Assembly: GCF_004010195.1 (NCBI RefSeq)
Contig: NC_057718.1
Span: 51,169,941 to 51,233,940 of the forward strand
Direction: 5' to 3'
From: Chiloscyllium plagiosum
Taxonomy: Eukaryota
DNA length: 64,000 nt
Positions 11,460-24,289 of the stretch are shown here, piece by piece. Made by a program: the position numbers and the translations under genes. The stretch's first letter is position 1. Each line of letters starts with the position of its first letter. Below the pieces are notes generated by a model that searched no databases, was not told the DNA's origin, and was given only the letters and a program-made list of their open reading frames with translations.

Positions 11460-12476
11460 TGTCATGACAACAGATCATAGCCCCAAGTTATGTAAGGAGA
11501 TATTATGCTTATGAATAAAACAGGTTTTTTTTAAAGCAATGATATACAAGTCAGAGATAGCTCAGAATATAATTCAGTGACTGTCTGGAAGTGTCATGTG
11601 TGGATTATACCCAGCGTCAAGAGATACCACAGAATGTTGCACCTAGAAAGATGCTAAGGAATTTTAGAAAGAACTTCAAAGGAAAGGATAAGGTACAAAG
11701 ACCTGTAAGTTACATCTATAGTCTGTGGACATTTGAGAAGGTAACAGACAGTATCTCGTTGAAGTAAATGTCTTCTTTTTCCTGCCAAGCACACACAAGG
11801 GAAAGGATTAAAAACCAAATGCACCTCTGATGTATATGTTTTAATGCTGGTGCACTCAATTATGTGTTCTACTGGTACAGAGCTCAAATTTGCTGTGGAG
11901 ATGACAGCTGAAGAGCATTTATTAGACACCCCTGCACATGCAGGTAAAAAGATGAGGGACAGAAAGTATTTCTGTCTCTCTTTGATTGTTCAAAATAAGT
12001 CACCAGTCAAAAGTTGCAGTAAAACAGGAAAGCAGACAACTCCTTTTAGCTAATATGCAGAATCAAGAATCTCCAAATCAGCTGCTCAACTGTCAGAGTC
12101 AATGTCACCAGAATTGTCAATTTAACGGTCACAATCTTCCACTACTCGATAGGGACAGACCAAAGCCTGATTCACATCTTTTTTCAAGTATATCTTTCTT
12201 CTAACCATTCATTTATAATCTATGCACGTATGTGTTGTGTTTTAGTAATTAATAAATTTGATCTTTCTTCAACTCAGGAAAATCTGATTAAATTGGCTCC
12301 CATTAATACGTAAAAACATTAACGTCAGGCAAGGTAATCCTGAGGGAATGAATTCTTTATTTTAAGTTAACCTTATTGAGGTCAATAGCAGGAGGGGTTT
12401 GAATAAAGCCAGTTCCTCTATCCTATTCTGAGATCATATTGATTTGGGGACCCTTGCCCAGGGTCTGGTCATAACA
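11460..12476 (+). mobile_element. Probable solo LTR (about 1 kb)
   Basis: TG...CA termini with 9-bp inverted ends TGTCATGAC / GTCATAACA and an internal AATAAA near 12251. No clean TSD. Confidence 0.55.
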
Positions 12477-12795
12477 TTAGTCTAAATTTGTAACAGGAAA
12501 GGTTTTAGAATTGATAATCCTGGGCAAACTTAACAGTCACATGGGCAAGTGGTTAAAGAAAACCAGCAAGAAATTGTTAATAAGTAGCTAATTTGATCAG
12601 GCTTTTTGATAGTGTAATAAGAAAGTTTGGTAAGGATGGTGCAATTGGTGTAGTGTAAAAGGACTTTCAAAACGGGTTCTGAGTGCCACATAATGGGTTT
12701 GCCAGCAAAACCTGCAATTATCAAAGACAGAGTATTTGAGTAGGCCTGACTGGACTGTTTTGCTCAATGGACTGAGTAGCCTCCTTGTATAGAAT

Positions 12796-13151
12796 CATAT
12801 AATCATAGAATCCCGACAGTGTGGAAACAGGCCATTTGGCCCAACAAGTCCACAATGATCCTCTGCAAAATATCCCACCCAGACACACTCTCCCACACTA
12901 TTACTCTACACTTAACCTGACTAATACACGGCGCCTGCATATCCCTGAATGCTATGGGCTATGTAGCATGGCCAATTCACCGAACATACATATCTTTGGA
13001 CTGTGGGAGGAAACCAGAGCACCCAGAGGAAACCCACATAGACACAGGAAGAATTTGCAAATTCCACACAGGCAGCTGCCCATGGCTGGAATTGAACCCG
13101 GTCCCTGGTGCTGTGAGGCAGCAGCGCTAAGCACTGAGCCACCGTGCCGCC
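12796..13151 (-). mobile_element. HE1-type V-SINE
   Basis: Same head, V-domain and CR1-like tail as 9064-9392, more diverged. Confidence 0.9.
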
Positions 13152-14201
13152 TAAATTCCATACTAAATTATATATTTTTTAACTTGCTTATTGTAAGGTA
13201 TTGTATGCTGTATTTGACAGGCAAGGTAGAACTGATGAACAGAGGTGAATGTGATGTTGTACTTCAAGGCATTTAACAAATACTCAGGGATGACCAATTT
13301 GGGAAATGGAGAAAAGCTGATCAAAGGGAAATGGGGCATGTTCATACATTCACTATGAGTAAAATTCACTCCATTGTTATTGGGTCTGAATTAATCCATA
13401 CATGTTAGTCATTTGCATCTTTTTGCGACAGATCATTCTTGACACTACCTAACCAGCACTCAATTCTTGTTCCATGCATCATGGTATAAAGGGAAACAAA
13501 AGGTACCCCCATTCTTAAAAAATACTGCATCTCTGTTTCTTGGGTTTTCTGCATAGATATTGTTTCTTATCATACCTTATCATGTCATTTGTAATTCTTA
13601 ACAAGCTATACACTCCCAATATTCTTCTCAAGCAATTCATTTGTTTTGGTATCTTTTACTCATCAATTTTCCTCATGCTTAAAAATAAAATCCATATAGT
13701 AAGGTGAACGACCATCAGGAACAAAAGGTAGCTGATGATTAATTTGGAAACAAGTGATTTTATGTCATGAATTAATGTCAGGCCCTCTCTTCAGTAAAAT
13801 TAAATGGATCATTTTATTGTTTCTTTTTAATCTAATTGCCTATAGAAATCTAATAATTTACCCAGATCAAGTTGGTGTGCAATCTTGCTTTCCTTTGAGT
13901 GACTCCACATTAGAGACCAAAAGGATACAAATGAGTTCTGCCACAATGTTAACAATAGCTATCGATTCGTATTTAGTGAAATCAATCATTCTTTGCATCT
14001 TGAATTATTTTTCAACTGTCTTAACCAGACCATCAAATGTCTGGGCATTCAATTAATGGCAACTGCTGAGTTTTGGTGAGTTGATGTGACCCACCCCATT
14101 TGGTCCTTTGCAATAGATACAGCAGCAATCACAAGAGTAAATCTATGAAGAAAATCACTCATGTAATTCAAAGAAAGGTTTTTACAATTAAGAATTGTGT
14201 G

Positions 14202-14515
14202 GGTGGCGCGGTGGCACAGTGGTTAGCACTTCTGCCTCACAGCGCCAAAGACCCGGGTTCAATTCCCGCCTCAGGCGACTGACTGTGTGAAGTTTGTACA
14301 TTCTCCCCGTGTCTGCGTGGGTTTCCTCCGGGTGCTCCGGTTTCCTCCCATAGTCCAAAGATGTGCAGGTTAGGTCAATGGGCCACGCTAAATTGCCCGT
14401 AGTATCAGATGCAGGGGTAAATGTAGGGGAATGGGTATGGGTGTGTTGCGCTTCGGCGGGTCGGTGTGGACTTGTTGGGCTGAAGGGCCTGTTTCCACAC
14501 TGCAAATAATCTAAT
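14202..14515 (+). mobile_element. HE1-type V-SINE
   Basis: GGTGGCACAGTGGTTAGC..GGGTTCAATTCCCG..V-domain..GGCCTGTTTCCACACTG tail. Confidence 0.93.
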
Positions 14516-14553
14516 TCAGTACAATAGATTAAAATTACAGTACCCATACAAAC

Positions 14554-14714
14554 CAAAACATTTTTATCATCTGTATAGTTCAAAATGCTGCTATTGATAA
14601 CTTCTTTTCTCATGACTCTGACTTCATCTGAAGAAAATCCCAGAACACAATATGTTGGTGGAGCAACAAAGGATAAGCAAATTGTAGATCTGGTTTCTAG
14701 CAGTAATCCGAGAA
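14554..14714 (-). CDS. Candidate internal exon (LGLLLETRSTICLSFVAPPTYCVLGFSSDEVRVMRKEVINSSILNYTDDKNVL)
   Basis: Non-repeat part of ORF 14188-14745(-). Acceptor ggttttatacag; donor uncertain (gtttgt or gtatgg). Confidence 0.22.
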
Positions 14715-15610
14715 CTGTATAAAACCAACATGTTGAAGAACACATAATATAATGTGGCTTAATCTTATTGTCTAATCTAAGGTTGCTGGCAATTTAATTC
14801 TTATCAGATTTTAAAGTGGAATAACATTACAAAAATAACTGACAATCTGATAAAAAAAACTACTGGACAATTCTGCAGGAGTATTTACTGTACTTAGGAT
14901 AAGTGGTTCTATTGAAAACAATCCACGAACAATATTAACTCCTGTGTGTCTCAACATTTGTCAGTCACATGGTGAAACAAAACCAGTGCAGTTGAAGGGG
15001 AATGTACAGAAATAAATTTAATTGAGATAACAAACATTCTACAGATGTGATATTGATTTCACAACGGTCTGCGAAAAGTATCATGTGTAATTAAGGAGAT
15101 GAGCAACAGCAATAAGTCTGTGTGCAGAGTTTTGAAAAAGATGGTAGATACTTGTACCAGTAACCACAGTTTTTTTCTGTTTTGCCAGAAGTCAAATGAG
15201 CATTCATGACTATATACAGCCACAGAAAGATACTATAGAAAAGATTTAAACTGACTCTGAAAGAGCAGCGCTGCTGAGTTATTATTTTATAATCAGCCTA
15301 TGCAAGTGCAAATGATACTTTTGATCCAGCTATATTCAGTATTGAATAAGATTATTCATATTAAAATAAAGATTAGTGTCATCTTTAAGATTAGGAAAGT
15401 TTAGAATTGACTGAAATCCAGGTCTGCCCAAAGTTGTTGAAGGACATTGGATAGGTTTTCTGTGAGCACCTTACTCATAACCTCAAAGCTCTGTGGTGTT
15501 AGGGATAATGCCAGGGAGCTACAGGTCTATCAGTCTAACATTCATTATGGGGAAACTGTTATTAGGAATTATAAGAAATGTATTTCTGATCACTGGACAA
15601 GTGAAAGGGT

Positions 15611-15950
15611 TATAGAATCCCTACAGTGTGGAAACAGGCCTTTTGGCCCAACAAGTCCACATGAACCCTCTGAAGAGTATCCCACCCCTATTGTATTACT
15701 CTACATTTATCCCTGACTAATGCACCTAACCTACACATCTCTGCACATTATGTGGCAATTTAGTATGGCCAATCCACTTAACCTGCACATCTTTGGACCG
15801 GGGAAGGAAACCAGAGTATCCGGAGACATCCCACGCAGACACAGGGAGAATGTGTAAACTCCACACAGACAGTCGCCTGACGCTGGAATCGAACCCGGTT
15901 CCCCAGCACTGTGAGGCAGCAGAGCTAACCACTGAGCCACCATACTGCCC
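15611..15950 (-). mobile_element. HE1-type V-SINE
   Basis: Same head, V-domain and tail as the other copies. Confidence 0.9.
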
Positions 15951-16554
15951 TGACAGTTACAACATAGCTACTGAAAAGAAGACAGCTTGAGCTGAATAGA
16001 TTCAATGTTGCTTTTTGAGACAGTCAAGAGAGTCATGGATGAAGAGAATCCATAGATATTGTTTACTTAGATTTTCAGAAAGCCTTTGATATGATACTAG
16101 ATGCATAAGGTTATTTGTGATACTAATAGAAATTTGAAACACTAGATGAAGAACAGACTCTAACCTCAAAACCAAAATGTTATAGTTAAATGATGTATTC
16201 GAGACTTGATGTCCCTTAGGGATCAGTTTCACATTCTTTATTAATGAATGGTGAGTGAAATTTGGACTAAGGTTATCAAGTTTGCCAATGACACCAAAAC
16301 CTGTGCAAGAGTTAGGATAGGGAAGAAGTACAATCCCAGCCAAAACAATTTAGATGAGCTATTATAGGCTAGACAAGAGCAAAACATCCCAGCACTAATA
16401 AGAGAAAGACCATTCAGGAAAATTCCTTTCTAACTCCCTCATTCGACAAAATTCAGTCCAAATTATCATCAGAACCAAGTGTCATCTATACCTATATCTT
16501 CTACATCATAAATCTCTACCTCTGTCAGGAACTCATTTAACTCGCTCTTGAAGG

Positions 16555-16663
16555 CATTTTCTAATTAACCTGTATAGAGATGTTATTACATACCTCTAGA
16601 GGTGAGACTTGAACCTGGCCTCATGGCTCAGAGGTGGGGACTATCACTGTGACACAAAAGCCC
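16555..16663 (-). mobile_element. Short (about 110 bp) tRNA-derived SINE with a long TSD
   Basis: Near-perfect 17-bp TSD TAACTC(G/C)CTCTTGAAG(G/C) (16538-16554, 16664-16680). Box B-like GGTTCAAGTCTC on the minus strand. Confidence 0.65.
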
Positions 16664-16908
16664 TAACTCCCTCTTGAAGCCCATTGAGATAGTACCCACA
16701 CTTGCCAGCAATGTAATCCAGAGGGTCATTTTTTTCCTAGGGAAAGAAATGTTTCAAACATTCAGTTTATTCCTATTGTCACTCTATTAAACATCTATCT
16801 CATATCTTCCCAAATGTATCAAATGGAAATAATCTTTAAAATAGTTATACTATCCAACCCTTTAATTATTTGACAGGCTTTGATCAGGTCACCCCTCAGT
16901 ATGCAACT

Positions 16909-17090
16909 AAAACAGAGCATGTTGGTGAAACTCAGCAAGTCTGGCAACATCTGGGGGAAGAAAACAGAGTTAAAATTCCAAGTTTCATTCTGACTCGAAA
17001 CATTAACACTGCTTTCTTCCCACAGACACTGCCAGATCTATTGAGTTTCACCAGCAATTTCTGTTTTTATTTCAGATCTCCAGCATTTTC
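16909..17090. repeat. Palindromic pseudo-LTR element with the central HHR cores deleted
   Basis: Arms 16909-16983 and 16993-17068 are imperfect reverse complements. Only CTCGAAACATT remains of the ribozyme. Confidence 0.75.
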
Positions 17091-17299
17091 AGCTCTTCAT
17101 TGTATTGTTCTAAAGTAAATAAGTCAAGGTACTTGAATCTATCTGAAGTGTTTACAGTATATCCTTTGAATTAGGAACCAGTTTTCCTCTGGACATTTTC
17201 TGCTACCACTGTATTTCATACCACATGGGCCACCGAAGTTGGTAACAGAACTTCAGGTTTTACCTATCTCTGTCCTGCATTGTGTTAAAATGGTGACAT

Positions 17300-19760
17300 T
17301 TACAGAGTTCATTTGAGACAGTATCTTAGAACAATGCATTCTAGAATGAAACAGGAAACAGGTATTTAGACCAGGTCACAGTTAACAGTAAAGTTTGAAG
17401 ATTTACTTATGAGTCCCACTTCTGGACTTAATGCATATAAAGGCTAGATGGTAATTGGGTGAAAAACCCTTTCTAATATTCCAATAGCAGGTAGCATGAG
17501 TAGGCGAGTCTCTTGGTCAGCAATGCTGGATGCTGATGATACTCTTTAAGATACAGCCTCTGATGACAGATTTGACACCTGTTCCAGAAATAAATCCCAT
17601 GATGGAAACAGGTGAAGCACATGTTGTGTTTGCCTCATAGACCACCAGGGATCAGAAGAGGAAATAAAAGAACAATATTTAATGAGATGGATTTAATTAT
17701 TAATCTCACAGGAATGTACCCCGAGTAAGAATTATCATGATATGATAGATTTTCATTGGCAGTTTGAGGGTGAGAAATTTAGGTCTGAATCTGGAGAATT
17801 AAACTTAAGTAAAGGGAATTAGAAGGATCGCAATACAGAGTTGACTGCGGTAGACTCTTAACCAAGTTGAAAAATAAGACAGTGTGGAGGCAGATGCTGA
17901 TATTCACAAAATAGTTCATAAATCTCAACAAAGATGTATTCCATTGAGAAAGAAAGACTTTGAAGGGATGTACCATGCTTGACAAAGTAAAGATTTTAAG
18001 GATGGTGTTAAATTGGAAATGATGTATAATACTGTAAAGATCAGTGTTAGGACAGAAGATTGGGAAAGTTTTACAAACTATTAAAAGGTGCCTCACAAAA
18101 AAAAGAGGGAAATTGATTATGAAAGCGAACTAGCAAGAAATTTAAGTATAGATGGTAAAATATTCTTGAGGAGCATAAAATATTAGTACAAAATAAGGAA
18201 ATGACAGGGATCATCTTAACAATAGAAGACTGAATAAGTAACAGAAGAGTACCAGCAAATCAAGTGGCAAAAGAGAGGGAGGAACTTAAAATAACAATGA
18301 TCACTGGAACTAAAGTATCACAAAAACATGTGGACCAATGGTTGACAAATTCTCTGTCAAAGATAGCCTGCACGCTAAAGCCTTAAAAAAAGGATTGCAG
18401 GTATAAAAGGGTGCATTGGCTACAATCTTCCTAAATCTCCTAGATTCTGAAAAAGAACAAGGAGATTGTAAAAGCCCCGAGACAACACATTGTTTCAGGG
18501 AAAGAAGGAGACAAAAAGTAGAAATGGTCTGTTAGCATAACATTTATCATTGAGAAAATGGTGACTTCCAATGATAAGGAGGTAGTAATGTGACATTTAG
18601 CAAACCATTAGCTAGACAGAAACAACGTGGTTTTGTGAAAGGGAAATCATGATTGTAAAATTTATTAGAGTTCTATATAATAAGCAGGACAAATAAAACA
18701 GGACATTAGATTACTGTATTTGGATTTCTAAAAGCATTCAGTTAAGCACAGAATAAAAGCTTATGTTGTTGGAGTTTATATGTTAGCATGGACAGAGGAT
18801 TAGCTAACGAACATGAAGGAGAGAGTCAAAATAAATGGTTCATTCTCAGATCGACAAATCATAACAAGTGGAGTGTCATAGGGATCACTGCTGGTGCCAC
18901 ATTAATATAAGTTGTACATTATTAAGTTGGAATGAAAGGACATACTATTATAGACCAATTTTCTGACAGTAGAGATAGATAGGAAAGCAAGATGATAGAA
19001 AAGATAGATGGAAAAGCAAATTGTCTGGACAATACAAAGACTGCAAAGAAATATAGACAAGCTTAGTGAGTAGACAAAAAACATCTTGAGAGATGGGGGG
19101 AGAAGGTAAAGCTGTTCACTTTGGCAGGGAAAATAGAAAGTCATAATATTTTTTGGAAAGGCACTGCAGAATACTGTGGTGCAGAGGGATCTCGGTGTCC
19201 TTGTACACGAATCACAAATGTTATCATGCAAGTATAATTGGGTGACACGGTGGCACAGTGGTTAGCACTGTTGCCTCACAGCACAGGGGTGCGGGTTCAA
19301 TTCCCGCCTCAGGCGACTGACTGTGTGGAGTTTGTACATTCTCTGTGTCTGCGTGGATTTCCTCCGGGTGCTCCGGTTTCCTCTCACAGTCCAAAAATGT
19401 GCAGGTTAGGTGAATTGGCCATGCTAAATTGCCTGTCCTGTTAGGTGAAGGGGTAAAATGTAGGGGAATGGGTCTGGGTGGGTTGTGGGTCGGTGTGAAT
19501 TAGTTGGGCCGCAGGGCCTGTTTCCACACTGTAAGTAATCTAATCTATACCAAGTAATTAGGAAGAGAAATTAAATGTTCATTTTTATTTCAAGGGAGAT
19601 GGAATATCAAAGTAGGGAACTCTGGTACAACTATACAGGGTATTTGTAAAAGTACACAGTTTTGATCTCCTTTCTTAAGGAGGGATACACTTATAATCAG
19701 GACAGCTCAGAGAAAATTGATAAGGCCAAGCCCTTGCCTGAAGGGGGTTATATTGTGAGG
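17300..19760 (+). mobile_element. Highly decayed CR1/L2 LINE ORF2 with an HE1 SINE inserted
   Basis: RT-like remnants (GGGAAATCATGATTG, GATTTCTAAAAGCATTC, AGTGGAGTGTCATAGGGATCACTGCTGG) collinear with the CR1 at 44-45.6 kb. Confidence 0.7.
19241..19547 (+). mobile_element. HE1-type V-SINE
   Basis: Head, V-domain and (TAATC)n tail present. Confidence 0.92.
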
Positions 19761-20273
19761 AATGATGGAGCAGATTTGGTTCACTGGACTTCAGAACTCT
19801 TCCTGCAAACGATTTTGCATCCTACTTTGGTCTAATAAACATGTATGAATTGAGTTATCTTAATTAGGCCCTGCCATCATGATATGGATTATGAACAGAA
19901 ACTGCTAGAAATACAGACCAGGGCTAGTAAATCATTTGAATGAAAAACAGACTGTTTTTTGTAACTTTCCAAATGTTACTTCTGTTTTTTCACTCTGCAA
20001 ATACTTCCAGGATTTAACTTTTATTTTATATTTCCAGCATCTGCAATATTTTGCTTTTATGTTACAGTAGGAGATTGGTTTAGACTGCTTGGTTTATTAC
20101 TTTCTGACAATTCTGGATGTTTCTAAGTATATATTACACATGCAAATTATAATAATACAATTCTAGTTTAAGTAATTAGATTTTCTTTTGAAAATGTGTA
20201 TTGTGTCAGAAATAACTATACTGCCTCAAGGGTGAATAAAAGCTCTCAAAGCTTTTGGGTCGGAGATAGTCTG

Positions 20274-20593
20274 TGTATTACAATGAATAACCTATTACAA
20301 GGAGGAATGCATCACAAGCTTTAGGTCTGCCAACAATATTGTATCTCTGTGTCTCATTATCCATTCAGTAATTAAATTCATTACCAAATTACATAAAAAC
20401 TCTCTGATAAGGGCCTTGTGACACAATTGCACTGAGCTTACCTCTGAGCTAGGAAACTCAGGTTTAATTCCCACCTATTCTGGAAGTGCATAATAACATC
20501 TCAGAACAGGTTGATGAGAAAGTATCAATAAAATTTCTATTTCAGAATTTGAGAAGTGCTTCTTTGACAAATGAGATCTTTCTCACTGTAGGT
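20274..20593 (+). repeat. 320-bp segment, copy 1 of a near-identical local duplication
   Basis: Matches 21901-22220 with 4 substitutions by eye. Confidence 0.95.
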
Positions 20594-21900
20594 TTACCAA
20601 CAACACACTTTATTCTTCACAGCCTTAGACTTTTAAATATTATATACATCATACATATTTTTAAAAAAAGATCTCACTTGAATGAGTCCCTTACTCTTGG
20701 CATATTTTTCTTTTGAGATTTCTTTCAATAAGAAGCTCTCTTACACAGCTACAGCACAGCGTGCCAACACCCATTAGTCCGTTTTAAAAAAATGATAAGC
20801 TACATCATAATTTTCTCAAATTGAATTTAGGTTAGAACTGTAAAAGCAAATTATTACAGCTAAATTATACTCCAATGATGATGACACAATTTCTCCAAGA
20901 CTAAATTAGAAGGAATCTTTGATCGTTTTGGTTTTGTTTCCCTAGTTTGTGTCATGATAAACACTTTTGATAGAAAAAATGTTGTAAATTAAATTCCATC
21001 CATTTGTCACAGCTCACCTGAGCATATATGCAGACAAAGTCATATTCACTCAGGCTAAGTCCATAATGACTCTGGCTAAGATGAAAACTGGCCTAAAAAC
21101 GAATTATAATTTAAATAGACCAGTTCTTAGTGTTAATATTTTAATCTCCTCTCATCTGTCTGATAATGAAACTCCAAAAGTCTTGTTGCAAATTACAAAG
21201 TTACCAGTATAATGCGAAAACAGCTTAAATAGAAATTTTAGATCACAGTAAAAACAGAAGTGTTTAGCTCATCCTCCTATTTAGGACCCTCAGTAGCTCC
21301 AGGCAATAATGCATTCACATAATTGTTTAACTAGTTTACACAAGAAAAATATGTAGTCCCCTTGAATGCCCTCCAACCACATTGCTTGCCATGGTCAGTG
21401 CAATAAACTACTGGGGAAGGTTTCATCTATGTGCGATGTATCAAGTCATTAAAACAACAGTGCACAATGGGAAAGGAAAAGGCTTCCCTGCATGAGTATA
21501 TAACTCCTACCCTTGCAATTTGTGTGACCACAAAGACCAGAATATCTTTTGAAATTTTGAATTCATATTAGAAAGCTCCATTAGTACAGAAAAGAATATA
21601 ATATATTTGTGTAATTAAGAATTAAAAGGCATAAAAGTAATGTCGTGAAGTACTGAGACATGGGAAATATTGTAGAGTCCTTCGCGATGTGGACTATGCT
21701 GAGATTTTTGGTCAGAATCAAGAGAGAAGTCCAGCAAAGCCTACTTCGCCATCGGGAAGAACTCACTGTATCATTTCTGTATTTGCGGAGTGGTGATGTG
21801 AGGTGAATTTCTTACTGGCCAGTGGTGAGTTGCCAGTAAAGGGAATTATAGATTTTTAAACATCTTATTCATGTCACCATTTACACCATTAATATTTCTA

Positions 21901-22220
21901 TGTATTACAATGAATAATCTATTACAAGGAGGATTGCATCACAAGCTTTAGGTCTGCCAACAATATTGTATCTCTGTGTCTCATTATCCATTCAGTAATT
22001 AAATTCATTACCAAATTACATAAAAACTCTCTGATAAGGGCCTTGTGACACAATTGCACTGAGCTTACCTCTGAGCTAGGAAACTCAGGTTTAATTCCCA
22101 CCTATTCTGGAAGTGCATAATAACATCTCAGAACAGGTTGATGAGAAAGTATCAATAAAATTTCTATATCAGAATTTGAGAAGTGCTTCTTTGACAAATG
22201 AGATCTTTCTCACTGCAGGT
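21901..22220 (+). repeat. 320-bp segment, copy 2 of a near-identical local duplication
   Basis: Direct repeat of 20274-20593 at an offset of 1627 bp. Confidence 0.95.
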
Positions 22221-23902
22221 CCATTGAACAGGTTATACATCTTAATATGAAAATCAGAGCCAATACCTGGCAACTTCAGCTCAGCAAGGACTTCCATGTT
22301 AGTTGGCATTCAATGACACACGTCCTGCTCATGGATGGGCCCGGACCACATCTCTGGCCTGTTCACTTACTCTCATAGCACTCATTCACTGAGCCTACCT
22401 GGAGGCTCACAGCAACACTGGCCTGCCTTTTTGCACATTTCTCGTTCAGCCAGAGTTACCAGGCCCACCATTTTGCAGTGCTGTTTGGCACAGATAAAGA
22501 CCAATGAAGATTGTCTTGATTGTCGGCGGTCCTCAGTTAATTCATGGGAAATAGCATTTTTGTAGGGGGTCCCAGTGCAGTAAGTCAAACACTGTATCCT
22601 TAACCAGTATAGGGCTTGGATAGGGTGAAGTTAGTTGTTCAAGACGGACAGAATCAGGATGCAGTCCACATTTAAGGGTGAGGAGGTAAAAGGCAGACAA
22701 ATCTCCTCTTGTCTGATTCTTTCTGGGTTGTTTTCCTCCTGGAGTGAGGAAGATATAATCATTAAGGGTAATCAAAATGGGCAGCACCACTGTTACTTTT
22801 GGTGTAGATGGGCAGGTCTTGAGCAAGTGATTGGGTAGTGAAGAGGGAATGCAGGGTCAGTGATTTCAGAGGCTGGATGGGTAAAAGCGAGGTGAGGGAA
22901 AATGTTGCAGGCAACAGTGAGAATGATAGAGCATGAGCTTTGGTGGGAAGTGGGAACGGTAGCAGAGAAAGACTGACTGTGAGGTAGTAGAGAGAAAAGT
23001 GTAGCACTTGCCCTGACAGAGTGGAGAAGGACATTGACCTTCTTCCTACATTAGTGTGTAATCATCCAGATAGCTGAGACAACTGTGACATGAGTTAGAA
23101 TGTTTCTGATGCCATAGCCTCCAGTGTTGATGTTGCATGATGGCAATATCCCACCTGTGCACCACTACAGAACCTCTAGGTCCTTGTCTCCAAAGCCAGG
23201 TGATAAATTTCTCTTGTCTGCCACCTGCACAGCAAATGTCAGAACCCAGTAAGGGCAGCTCTGGTCTGGTAGGCCTTGTCTGGGAGCACAATGGACTTCT
23301 TAATGGTACTGGTGCCAAAAATGTTCCATAATTCTGGGATATCTGTTGCATGTTGTTTCTAGGAAAGACAGGTACCAAGATCAGGGTAGAATCAGTTGAA
23401 AGGGAGGCCATAAGGTAAGGTAGGTTGTTAATGGAGCAAGTTTGATAAGGTACTTAGGAAACCTGCTAGGTCTCTAAAATCCTCAACACAACTTGCACTT
23501 ATTCAAAAAAGGATAAGATTCATCCCAGGGAGACTCTTCACAACACGGCCCGTAATTTGAAGCACATAGTACAATTCAAATCTGAAAAGCTTCAGAATCT
23601 TTTATAACATAATACTTTATCCAAAGTTATGTTTTAAACTGCTAACTGTATCAATTGCTTTAAATGAAGATTAAATTTACATGCCAAATTTGTAAACAGT
23701 CCACAAAATAATCACATAAGTTATTGAATTTCATAGGAATCATTTCAATCAGAAAGTTGATTATTTCACTCATGTTAATAAGAATGCAAATACTCTAATT
23801 ACTTCAATAGCAAATAACATTATTCTTTTACTTAAATGGAAAATTACATTTTCAGATTTTCTAACTTTGTAGTTGCAGGAAGCATCAAGTCACCAATGGG
23901 GG

Positions 23903-24177
23903 AGTTCCTCAGAATAGATATTTTCTAAACCAACATGTCTAATGCTGTTAATACGCACCTCTGAAGTAGGTGGGGCTTGAATGCAGGTAAGGGGTCAGAG
24001 GTAGGGGCACTACCACAGCACCACAAAGCATCCCTAGTTCCTTAGGCTAGATATTCTTCAAATAAGCTGTTCAGATGACACAGTTCTGAAGCAAGCGGAA
24101 CATGAACCCAGGTTTTCTTGCTCTGAGGCAAGAACGCTACCAATGCATCACAGGAACCCCTTAGTTCCTTGGCTAAT
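23903..24177 (-). mobile_element. Two tandem diverged copies of the short tRNA-derived SINE family
   Basis: Both copies resemble 16555-16663 and are bounded by three AGTTCCT..(G)CTA-like motifs. Confidence 0.55.
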
Positions 24178-24289
24178 GTACTATACTTAACCATCTCCAG
24201 TTATTTCCTCTATGACCTGATCTCTTTCATAAGATCAGAAGGGGAAGTTTACTGATGTTTGAATACTGTTCAGTGAAATTCACGACTCT

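Noticed and set aside
12821..13276. 151-aa ORF and similar ORFs at 14188-14520, 15726-15990 and 19238-19444
   Set aside because: Translations of HE1 SINE sequence.
20274..22220. Full LTR retrotransposon or TRIM interpretation of the 320-bp direct repeats
   Set aside because: No TSD, PBS or PPT; identity runs past the CA; the interior is non-coding.
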